From positions 62,001 to 82,312 of the forward strand of contig JALAGF010001746.1 of assembly GCA_030167865.1 (NCBI GenBank): 20,312 nt of DNA. Direction: 5' to 3'. The translations under genes were made by a program, and so were the position numbers. Positions 8,645 to 18,766 of the stretch are shown here, in pieces; within the stretch, counting starts at the first letter, position 1; every line of letters starts with the position of its first letter. The notes below the pieces were generated by a model, which saw only the letters and a list, made by a program, of their open reading frames with translations, was not told the DNA's origin and did no database searches. The stretch comes from Craspedostauros australis. Its lineage: Eukaryota.

Positions 8645-11436
8645 ATGGATCCAGACGGCGCCGCAGGGACATCAGCAGGTGCCGAACCGAGAGAGGGAAT
8701 CTCCCGACCATCTCGCATAGATCCAGACAGCTCTTCACCACCAACAGGACCATCCACTACGCAGCAGCAACAGCAGCAACAACAACAACAGAAGCCGGGA
8801 GTTGGAGCCCTCGTGCAGGAACTCGACGGAGGCGCATTCTTCGACAACCCAGCGCGGTCTCCCATGCACGGACGCAGAGCGCAGCTTGAACAGATGATGG
8901 ACGAGCAGACCCACCTGGTGCAGACCATGGCAGAACAGCAGCAGCAGCTCTACGAACAGCAGATGCGACAGATCCAGGAGAAGCTCCAGAACCCACACCA
9001 GCACGCGACGGAGCAGGAGCTGGACCGTCTCAATCAGCAGAACCAGGTCCTCATGGATCAGCTCAGGACTCTGCAGACCCAGATGCCGCAGGCTCCGCCT
9101 AACGAGGTGGCCAACGTCAAGCCCTCCGTGGCCAAGAAGGAAGGATTCGCACCGGCCCGGCAGCAGCAACCGCAACAGCAGGCGCCTCCACAACCACCAG
9201 CACAGGCACCGCCACCGCATCAACAACCTGCACCCATGCATGTGAGCGATAACGGGACGGTTCTCAGCGGCAACGAATCCATATCCTCCGCTTCCGTATC
9301 CGTCGAATCGTCGCCGCCCCCGGTACAGCCAACGTCGCAGATCCGCCCAAGGGGACGATCCAGACCTTCCGGCCCGGCCAGGGTCGACATGGCAGGCACT
9401 GCCAGCGCCACCGGCTACAACGACCAAAGCAATCACAGCCATAACATTGGCTTCGGAAACGGCATGAGCGGCGGGGCCAGCGTCGTCAGCACCAACAGCC
9501 ACAGCCGCAGGCCTCGCAGCGGCCGTCGCGCCATGGTGGCCGGTTACAATAACAACGACATGCACTCGCAATCGGCGCACGGGGCCCAAAACATGCCACC
9601 CCAGCGCAACAACTCAAACTACTCCATGCCACCTCGCATGCAGCACCAGATGCAAATGCAGCAGCAGCAACCGCATGACAACTTCTACGACACCATGTCC
9701 GTCCCACCCATGGGTCAACAGCAGATGTACCAGCAGCAACAGCAGCCAATGTACATGGGAGATGCCCACTCGGTCGCCAGCAATGATAACTTCGGCAGAT
9801 CCCGATCGCCGGGAGCTCTGCGCGGACGCGCCAGCATGAACAGAGCCAACATGGGGCGCTCCAAGTCGCCAGGCGCATTCCGAGGACGCCAAAGCCTCGG
9901 AAGGTCCGTCTCGCCTGGGGCCCTGCGATCCAACATAGGAAGGTCCAAGTCCCCAGGCAGGTTCGGCCGCCACGTCAACACGGGACGCTCCAAGTCACCG
10001 GGACCGATGCGCAACCGCATGGGCGGCGGCATGCGCGCAGCGTCCGACCCCCACGAACTTCACAACATGCAGATGGAAATGCAGATGCAGCAGCAGATGC
10101 AGGGAGGACCGCACCAACGACGCGCACCCGACCGTACGCAATCCATGGACTACTACGCGGACCCAAGAACCGCGCGCCAGCAGTTCTACACGAACCCCGC
10201 CTTCCACGGACTGCCCAGCGGCAGCAGCAGCGTCGTCGGAAACGTCAGCAACTCCCTCGGGGTCAACTTTGGAGGCGGCCTCGACGACAGATCGTTGCAT
10301 TCCGGCATGCAGACGGTGCCCAACATGCCCATCATGGCAGGAGACTACGGCATCAACCCCATGATGGGAGCGCCCAATCCAAACCAGCAGTTCTACCATG
10401 ACGACATGGGCATGTCCGTCCCCATGCCAATGGGCATGTCCGCTCCCGTCGCCGACGAGAAGGACTACATCCACGGCACGACCCAGGTGGTGCCCGATTC
10501 CACACGATCGCTCAACCCCGTCTCCGATCCAGATGAGCCGCTCAACCACGAAACGTCCAGCAACAACGGCGAGGACGATCCCTTGCTCGGCGGCGATGAC
10601 GACGATCCCGACAAGGCCTCGCAGCAACCCAAGATCGAGATCGCCAACCTGGATGCCATGAACGAGGACGGAGAAATCGAAGATGCTGCCATCGACGACG
10701 GCATGCTGGGGCTGGATCCCACGCCACCGCCGCAGCCCCAGTCATTCCATCACTCCGTGGAAGAGGATTACGGAGACATGGGTGGTTCCATCGGCGGATA
10801 CAACGATCCCAACGGCATGAACGATGGGATGAACAACGGGATGGGGATGGGACCGCCGAACGGCATGAACAACGGGATGGGAATGGGACCGCAGAATGGC
10901 ATGATGCAAGACGAGTTCTACGGACAGCCAATGGGCCACAACGCGCCCATCGACTCGCTCATCATCACGGATGACTACAACTACGACAACGCGACACAAG
11001 CCTTGACGTCGTCGGTCAACAGCAGAGATGAAATTACCTTCATCGGTGACGAGAACCAATCCCTCTACCAGAGAGACGAGCTGGATCCCGATGTGCTGCA
11101 AAGCGTGCTGCGCCAGAATCACTCAGGCGGCGGCAGTGTCGGCGGCATGTCTCAAGGCATGCGCACCACCCGCAGCGGCGTCTCTCGAGGAACCCGCAAC
11201 ATCGACGACATCCGTTCCGAACGCAAGGCTCGGTTGGACTGGAACAGCTCCCACTCCGGCGCTCACAAGAACCGTGCCGGCAACTCCTCGCTGTTCGAAC
11301 CACCGCTGGAGCAGAGAGAACGAGAAAGCGATCCACCCGGTGCCCAAATGTGGAGATCGTTCTGCATGATCTGCACCTTCTGGTTGCCGGATATGTTCGT
11401 CCCCAGGAAGGGCGCGGCCGCCAAGTTGGCATGGAG
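8645..11436 (+). CDS. CHS: Chitin synthase exon 1: disordered Q/P/M/G/N-rich N-terminus and first membrane-associated segment
   Basis: First ATG of the 8531..11563 ORF (MDPDGAAG...); ends WRSFCMICTFWLPDMFVPRKGAAAKLAW-R at donor AG|GTGCGT. Confidence 0.85.
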
Positions 11437-14400
11437 GTGCGTCGGAAAGTGTCGGCACAGCACTTGTGCCACATGCACTCGTCTCTGCGACAAGCACTTT
11501 GGTGTCGCGTGCGACAATCATGCCAAGTGTACTCTTCTATTGCTCTTTTGTTGTTGTTGTTGAAGACATGGAGCATTTACCATCGCGTTGCCGATAATCT
11601 GTGAACGTTCTCATTCTATGCATCACACTCACACATTCCCATTCTCCAACTGTGCAATTATGCAACTGTCAACCGTATCATTTCACAACGTGCCCCGCTT
11701 TATTGGAACCATGCAATGATCGCCGATGAAACGTCGGTGCGCAACTGCTGACCATGTCTCTTTGTTTTCCATCTTCACAGAGAAAAGGCCACTATCGTGC
11801 TCATCTTCTTTGTCATCAGTATCGTCATCGTCGGCGGCTTGGCCTTCTTCCCCGCCTACCTCTGCCGGGAGGATACCATGTACTCGGTGGAAGACATGCT
11901 GGACAAGAGCAACGATCTTTCTGCTGTGTTTGGGAAAGTTATCAAGATGGATAGCTACTTCGACGTGCATCCAGGCGGCAGCCAGGCCATCGACTACTTC
12001 ACTGGTCAGGACTCGTCGCGCGTATTCCCCCGATTGCCACCAGGCAACCTCCCGGAGATCTGTCTCAACATGGAGAATGCAAAGGCCAGGGAGTTGGAAC
12101 CCCAGTGCAACGACCTGACGGACGTGGATATTCTGCGCAAGGTCCACTGCCACAAAACTGTCGGCATGGCGGCGGCGCACGAAGTGATGGCCGACTTCAT
12201 CGCAGGTGACCTTCTCTTTGAGAAATTCCGTTTCCGCAAGGACGGCTTCATGACCGGCCGGCATTCCATCAGGATCAGAAACCTTGTCTACGATGTCACT
12301 TCCTACGTTCTCCCGATGCAGGATGAAGCCACCGGGACATTCATCCTCGATCCGGATCATGAATTCGCCTACCTGGCCCCGGAACTGAACTCCTTGATCA
12401 TCAACAAGCTCAACGAGGATGCGACGGAGCTGTACGACTTCGTCTTTCCGAATGGAGAATATCAAAAGTAAGTCTGAATGTGCTCTGCTGGCTGTTTCGG
12501 CTGCGGCTCCCGTTGACAATGGGATTGGGATTGGCATTGGCATTGAGTTGGTGCGATGCACAGTCGCACCTGCCGATCCGGCACCATTGTCGCTCTTGGC
12601 TCGTGTCTCTTCGAAATCGCACGCACTGTTGCACATGTTTCCATTCCATTAGGGTACGTCCTGTATATCTTGCTAACTTCCATTCTCGTCTTCCTCTTTG
12701 CATTTGCAATTGCAATTACATCCGCATTTGTTTGTGGCTGTGCTGCTGCCGCTCCTCCTCCTTCTTCTTCTCTTCCGGCTGGGACTCGCTGCATCACACA
12801 TCCTGCCAACAATCCAACAATAACAAAATACACGCAACCAAACAAAAACAGGTGCTTGGACGAGCTCTTCTATGTCGGCATGGTGGACCAACGAGAGAAC
12901 AAGGCGTGCGAGGGGATCAGCATCTTCATCCTCGTCCTCCTGTTCCTCTTCACTGGTATGATGGCGATCCAGGTTCTGTGTTCGTTGATGTACCTCGCAA
13001 GGCGCATCCCCAGCTTCACGGACGAGGACTTGGCGGCCGCAGTCATGGTCATGGTCCCATGCTACAACGAATCCGACAACGAACTCCGCAAAACCATCGA
13101 TAGCGTCCTGCTCAATGACTACCCCGAGGAGAACAGAATCATGGTGGTTGTTGCGGACGGTGTGATCACAGGCCGTGGCGAACCATGCAGCACACCGGCG
13201 ACGCTCGGGCGCATCCTCGGCTTTGAATTCGACAATGACGACGAGGCGTACGAATACGTGAGCATCGGAAAGAATACGCAGAACTACGCCAGCGTGTATT
13301 CCGGCAACTACGAGAAGCGCATTGGACGCAACACGCATAACCTCAAGTACATGGTGATCGTGAAGCAGGGTGGCGACGACGAGAGGAACACGCCCAGAGC
13401 CGGCAATCGCGGAAAGCGTGACAGTCAGCTGCTTCTGGCGCACATGCTGAACCGTCTGCATTACAACCGTGAACCCGTTGAGCTTGATATCAAGGTGAAG
13501 CAAGACCTGGACTGGCTGGGCGTGCCGCTGCGCGACATCGAGTACCTCATGGCGATTGATGCTGACACTCGTGTGGCTGAAGACGCAGTCAGGCATCTGG
13601 TCTACTGCCTGGAACGCAACCCCAAGACACTGGCATGCTGCGGCGAAACACAGGTCGACAACAAGTCGCAGAGCTGGGTCACGATGATCCAAGTCTTCGA
13701 GTACTTCTCCAGTCACCACATGAAGAAGGCCTTCGAGAGTGTCTTCGGGTGCGTAACCTGTCTGCCAGGATGCTTCACGATGTACCGGCTGTACACGGAC
13801 GAAATGAACCCGCTGATCTCCAACGACATCATCCTCAAGCAGTACTCCAGAAATGACATCTCATCGCTGCACGAAAAGAACCTCTTCGAGCTGGGCGAGG
13901 ACCGCATGCTGACCACGCTGCTGCTGCAAACCTTCGCGGGCATGTACCTCCAGTTCGTCCCCGAAGCCGTTTGCTGGACCATCGTGCCGCACACCTTCAG
14001 CATCCTGCTGAGCCAGCGCCGTCGGTGGATCAACTCGACCTTGCACAATATGTTCGAGCTGCTGAAGGTGAAGACCATGTGCGGAATCTTCTGCTGCTCG
14101 ATGAAGACTGTGGTGATTTGCGACATCATAACGACTCTGATACTCCCAGCAAGCATCATCTACTTGGTGTTCCTGATCGTCTCAATTGCGATGGACCCGT
14201 CGACATCGGACCCTCTCGTCATTTACTTCTTCATCACCACCATCGTCTTGACGATGCTCCCGTTCCTCTTTCGCGCACGCTGGGATTACTTGGTTTGGTT
14301 CATCATCTACACATTCCTCGGTATCCCAGTGTTCTACCTGTACCTTCCCGTCTACTCCGTCTTCAACATGGACGACTTCGGTTGGGGAAAGACGAGAGAA

Positions 14401-15843
14401 GTCGCCGCTTCTGAAGAAAAGGAGGAGAAGGAAGAATCGGAGGGAATAGATGAAGGCGATTCGGAAGAAACCGGAGGCTCGGACAAGGACAAAGATGACG
14501 TCAACAAAGCCAAGAACGATGGCAATGACAAGACCAGGGGTGCTGCGCCACAGAGCAACGAGAAGGGCGCTGCGCCAACCCCGAATGTACAGAAGCCCAA
14601 CAGGAAGAATCGGACGAAGGGATCGGGTGACAGCAAGGTCACGAACATCACCCAGCCGCACGAGTCCTCGGAGTCCTCAGGTGATAACCCTGACAATCAC
14701 AAGAAGGTGTCGTGGGCATCTCGCGACACTGATGCGAAATCATTCGAGGGTGACGAACTGACATCAGAACAACTGGGTGACAATGCCGGTGCATCAAAAT
14801 CTGCCCCCAAAAAGAAACGCCCGTCGTCCAAGAGGTCTGTCGCCTCCAAGAAGTCTGTGGCATCCAAGAAGTCCACCACCTCAAGGAAGAGCAAGGGCAA
14901 GGCGGCTGGCCAGGGCGCAACGACGGCGAAGAAGAAGAAGAAGCCAGCGTCAAAGCCCAAGATCAAGCAAGAGAAATTCGTGGATGAAGAGATCGAAGGC
15001 ATGGATTCTGCCCACACGCTCGTGTCTGACCCCAGCGCGGGCGGAGCCAACATCTCCGACTCCAGTCTGCGCAGGTCATCGCGAAGCACAGGGTCCAGCA
15101 AAGTAGACCCCCCAGCTGCGCAGCCAGTCGATCTGCTCGATACGAACGACCCACCTGCGCCTGCGCCGAGCAGGGCGCAAGATCTGGATGGTGCAAGCAC
15201 TGCCAGCAGCACCATCAGGCATGACGATGATGGCGACGACAGTGAAGCCATGGAATCTCCGAAGAAGGCGTCAAAGTCTCGATCTTCCGGCAAAAAAGCA
15301 ACCTCGTCAAAGTCGAAGAGCAGCAGCAAACCATCAAGCAGCGCTCCCACGAAATCGAAGAAGAGCAGTTCAGGAAACAAGAAGAAGAGCAGAATCAAGA
15401 CCATCGAGGAGGGGGATGAAGAGGAGGCATCCACAGAAATGAACACCGCAGAGGGTGCCGCAGCGGCAAAGCCAACCAGGAAGAAGCGAACCAAATCCTC
15501 TGCACCAAAGCAAAGGAAACCATCCACCAAGAGCGTGGCCAGCCGCAAGTCCAAATCGGGCAGCACCGCGAAGAAGCCTGGCACGAAGAAGAAGAAGAAG
15601 CCGAGGGCATCAAAGGACCCCGATGCGACGAACGAGTACGACGAAAGCGGCGACGACATTTCTTTGGACGAGCACGAAAACGCCATCGACGTGATGGAAC
15701 AAATTCCAATGGACTTCACCACAGGCATTCTGGATCGACAGAAGATCCGCAAGCTTGTTGGTCACGACGACGACGACTACAAAGAGCCAAGGAAAAGCAA
15801 CGCAGATTACCGCAACATGAAGTACGAACCCGACTTGGGTTAA
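8645..15843 (+). CDS. CHS: Chitin synthase (GT2, Chitin_synth_2 / division 2 type), 3 exons, 2156 aa: join(8645..11436,11781..12467,12852..15843)
   Basis: Conserved motifs in order: AWREK, CLDELFYVG, PCYNES, GNRGKRDSQ, IDADT, CGET, QVFEY, CLPGCFTMYR, GEDRMLT (13894-13914), QRRRW (14014-14028), DDFGWGKTR (14371-14397). Both splice junctions restore conserved motifs. Spliced length is 6471 nt = 2157 codons including the stop. Confidence 0.95.
10810..10903 (+). repeat. Coding tandem repeat with a 36-nt unit (NGMNNGMGMGPP/Q)
   Basis: Encodes NGMNDGMNNGMGMGPPNGMNNGMGMGPQNGM inside chitin synthase exon 1. Confidence 0.8.
11437..11780 (+). other. Spliceosomal intron 1 of chitin synthase (344 nt, phase 2)
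   Basis: GTGCGT donor; CTGAC branch site at 11748-11752; pyrimidine tract; CACAG acceptor. Splicing yields AWR|EKATIVLIFF. Confidence 0.9.
11781..12467 (+). CDS. CHS: Chitin synthase exon 2: TM helix and cytochrome-b5-like segments
   Basis: EKATIVLIFFVISIVIVGGLAFFPAYLC (TM); VFGKVIKMDSYFDVHPGG...GQDSSRVF; IRNLVYDVTSY. Confidence 0.9.
12468..12851 (+). other. Spliceosomal intron 2 of chitin synthase (384 nt, phase 2)
   Basis: GTAAGT donor; CTAAC at 12673-12677; AAACAG acceptor. Splicing yields YQK|CLDELFYVGMVDQR. Confidence 0.88.
12852..15843 (+). CDS. CHS: Chitin synthase exon 3: GT2 catalytic domain, C-terminal TM helices, Lys/Ser-rich tail
   Basis: In frame with ORF 12556..15843; EDR and QRRRW motifs intact; TAA at 15841-15843. 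Confidence 0.95.
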
Positions 15844-15870
15844 GAGCAGGGCGAGCACAGCCTTTTCGCG

Positions 15871-15916
15871 GGTGTGTGGTGTGTGGTGTGGGGCGTGGGG
15901 CGTGGGGCGTGTGGTG
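15871..15916 (+). repeat. G-rich heptamer array (GGTGTGT/GGCGTGG), ~6.5 units, in the chitin synthase 3' flank
   Basis: ggtgtgt ggtgtgt ggtgtgg ggcgtgg ggcgtgg ggcgtgt ggtg, starting 28 nt after the stop. Confidence 0.85.
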
Positions 15917-16500
15917 TAAGAACCAACAATCAAACAACCACCCAACAACAACCTGCTCTGGACATACCATCCGCGCCATCATCCGCTGATGGGGTAGTAG
16001 CACCGAATGTACAATGTAAGACTAGCAGGGAGTTCATACCGTTACAATAGCCGTAATGAATTTCGCCAACGCAAGTACAGTGGTGCTCGCAGAGCAGAGC
16101 GCAGGTAGAGCGGTGGGCAGATTGAGGCGACGATGATTTTGGATGGTGCGGTTCGATCGTGGCCGCGAGTTGGCTGTTTCCACGCGATGGTTTTGGATGG
16201 TTGGTTCCAACATCCACGCTGACGCACAGCAGCACAGACAAATGGTATCCTATCCAGTCCTATTCGAGTCCCGCATAGAGTTGTTTGGTTGTTGTGAGAG
16301 AGATGCGAAGACGGAGAGGAGGTGTGGATGATTGACGATGGGTGTGCACAACCACGGCAGTAGACCAGCAGATCAATAGATCAATGGATCGACAGAGACA
16401 AAGTCAAAGGCGAAGCTTAGCATTATATCATATAACCCTCTTGATCAGAAGGAAGTGAAGCATCCTATTGCGGGTCCGAGTCCTCCGAAGAGCAGACGCG

Positions 16501-18348
16501 ATGACGGACGCAGGCGCAAACGACATGGCGCTGGATGAGCCGCGGTATTACTACCAGAATCCGAAGAGCGGGACTGTGTCAACGACCACGCTTTCCATCC
16601 GTCAGATCTGCAAGCTGTTGGTTCCAGCCAGGGAGGGCCTTCCCACCATCCTCACGCCGCAGACCATGGTGGTGGACACGGCCGCTGGTGCTGCCTCAGA
16701 AGAGCAAGGCAGTCAGCAAGGCAGTCAGCAATGGAAGCCGGTCAGCTCTATCGATGTGCTGAAAGAGGCAGCCACCAAATGGTACTACCAGGATCGCAGG
16801 CAACCCAATGCGGATGGCGCATCGACGTCCACAGACGCGGTTTCCTGCCGTGCGCTGTCGTCACAAGTGGCCAAGGGAGACGAGGATCCGGATGCCTTTC
16901 TCGTCTTCGCGCAAGGCATCACGCCGGAATGGATGGCCTTGTCGAAGCTTCCCAACTTGCAGCTTGTGTTTCAGGCGCTGCGGCAACCCAGCATGCAGGA
17001 GACTTTGGAACGGGCGAAGCAGGCGGAAGAACAGAGCGAAGCTGCTTCCGCATCGGCAGGGGATGGCCAGAGTGAGGGAGACGATGGCGGTAAGAGCAGC
17101 GGCACGCAAGAACAGAGCAAAGAAGAGGAAGATGTGCAGAACGAGCTGGAGCAGTTCCTTTCCATGGCCAACGACGGTGACGACGGTGATGGCCGAGGCA
17201 AAGGGACAGCGTCTGGAGCTGGTGCCGACGATGACAATATAGCTTCGTACCAGAGCGACGGTGGAACGAGGTATGTCCAAGATCCCACCAATGGGAACTG
17301 GGTGCACGAGGCCGTTGCTGCAATGCACAAGGCGAATGAACAGGATGAGAAGAACAGCAAGAAGCCTGGTAAGAAGAATGGCTCGAACCACAGCAGCAGC
17401 AACAGCAACAATAACAGCAGCAGCAACAACAATGGTGTCTCTGGTGGCGGCGCCGACGGAACGAAGAAAAAGAAGAAGCACAAGAAGGCACAGTTCGCGA
17501 AGAAGAATGCCAAGAATTGGATCTACGTTGCGGGATTGCCAAAAGACGATGCTTCCGCTGTCACCATCAACGACATTGCCAAGTTCTTTGGAAGGGTGGG
17601 CCTCATCGATCTCAACCCCGAGACGATGCAGCCCAAGATCAAGCTCTACAAGGACAGAGCCACAGGGCAGCTCAAGGGTGATGCCAGCATCTGTTACGCC
17701 CGCCCCGAGTCCGTCGACCTGGCATTGCAGGTCCTGGATTCCAGCCCTTGGGATGCCGACCACACGCTCCAGGTCCAGCGAGCGCACTTCGAAGCCAAGA
17801 AGGACGATGCCGACGCAAATGCGAACGGAGGAAACAACGGAGATAGGAAGAGGCGGAAACGTCCCGTGTCGGAAGCTCAGCGCAAGGTCGCTCGGTTGGC
17901 GTTGCTGCAGGCGCAGGATGATGGCTTTGGAGAGCGACTTGCGGGCGGTCGCAAGGGATTACGCATCGTTATCGTGGAGCGGATGGTCGAAGGCCTGGAC
18001 GAAGATAAATGGGAATCCACCATCCACGACAAATGCGAAAAGGATTGTGGGCAGGTCGAGAAGATCACGGTGCTATCCAAGAACAACAACGTCGTCATCG
18101 TCAAGTTCGTGGAACCCGCCGCTGCCAGCAGTGCCGTCCAGTCGTGGAACAACGCGCCGAACCTTTCGGGCAAGTTCAAGATGTCCTGCAAGTACTGGGA
18201 CGGCGTCACGGATTACACCAACTCTCACGAGAACGAAGAATCCAGGGTTGAGGAAGAGAAGAGGCACGAGGACTTTGGCAGTTGGTTGGAGGGACAGGAG
18301 CTGCCACCGGAGCTGCGATTGCAAGTCGAGGGAGGCGGCAAGACCTGA
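16501..18348 (+). CDS. HTATSF1: Tat-SF1/HTATSF1 (Cus2/Uap2-like) U2 snRNP-associated splicing factor, 615 aa, single exon
   Basis: RRM1 NWIYVAGLP...PKIKLYKD...LKGDASICYARPESVDLALQVLD; UHM-type RRM2 RIVIVERM...GQVEKITV...VIVKF...YWDGVTDY; C-terminal EEKRHEDFGSWLE; SDGGTRYV..D...W motif; GYF_2-like N-terminus. ATG 16501 is the first ATG of ORF 16468..18348. Confidence 0.9.
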   Translation: MTDAGANDMALDEPRYYYQNPKSGTVSTTTLSIRQICKLLVPAREGLPTILTPQTMVVDTAAGAASEEQGSQQGSQQWKPVSSIDVLKEAATKWYYQDRRQPNADGASTSTDAVSCRALSSQVAKGDEDPDAFLVFAQGITPEWMALSKLPNLQLVFQALRQPSMQETLERAKQAEEQSEAASASAGDGQSEGDDGGKSSGTQEQSKEEEDVQNELEQFLSMANDGDDGDGRGKGTASGAGADDDNIASYQSDGGTRYVQDPTNGNWVHEAVAAMHKANEQDEKNSKKPGKKNGSNHSSSNSNNNSSSNNNGVSGGGADGTKKKKKHKKAQFAKKNAKNWIYVAGLPKDDASAVTINDIAKFFGRVGLIDLNPETMQPKIKLYKDRATGQLKGDASICYARPESVDLALQVLDSSPWDADHTLQVQRAHFEAKKDDADANANGGNNGDRKRRKRPVSEAQRKVARLALLQAQDDGFGERLAGGRKGLRIVIVERMVEGLDEDKWESTIHDKCEKDCGQVEKITVLSKNNNVVIVKFVEPAAASSAVQSWNNAPNLSGKFKMSCKYWDGVTDYTNSHENEESRVEEEKRHEDFGSWLEGQELPPELRLQVEGGGKT

Positions 18349-18766
18349 GGCTGTAGTGCGTGCCGGGATGATGGATTGAATCTGGACGGGCTGACGTCGC
18401 ACGGAGTCGAATCGGGTCAGAGCAATTCGAGTACTATTCTCTAGAACTGTTGAGGGAAAAAGTGGAGACACCAGCGTGAACGGGCACCTTGGTTTATTCG
18501 CCCTGACCACAAACAGCTTCCGAAAGCCAACATGGTGAATAGGTCTGTTTGACTCATGTGATTTAGTTTCTGCAAAAGGTCTATAACACTTAAACCATCA
18601 GCATTGAGAAACGAGGGTCACTCATCCAACTATGGAGACTACAAGATTTTGTATCATGTACTTGGTTAAGTTCAACTTGATGAAAAAGTGACGCTCTCTT
18701 TTACAAATGATTTGGCCACTTGATGGCTGGAATCTTCAACTGAGGGACACGTATAGGACACGCATT

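Noticed and set aside
11437..11563. Cys-rich C-terminus (CVGKCRH...FCCCC) of ORF 8531..11563, resembling a metal-binding or lipidation tail
   Set aside because: Read-through into intron 1; splicing restores the conserved AWREK motif
12556..12851. Hydrophobic N-terminus of ORF 12556..15843, suggesting a separate gene with a signal anchor
   Set aside because: Lies within intron 2 and translates its pyrimidine and A/C tracts; the exon 2-3 junction rebuilds KCLDELFYVG
15871..15916. G-rich heptamers as an interstitial telomeric repeat
   Set aside because: They do not match TTAGGG/TTTAGGG-type units, and the array is short and heterogeneous
11683..18379. Long antisense or alternate-frame ORFs such as 11683..12636, 12673..13719, 14697..15752, 16861..17787 and 17261..18379
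   Set aside because: Expected by-products of GC3-rich codon usage in the real genes; no independent motifs
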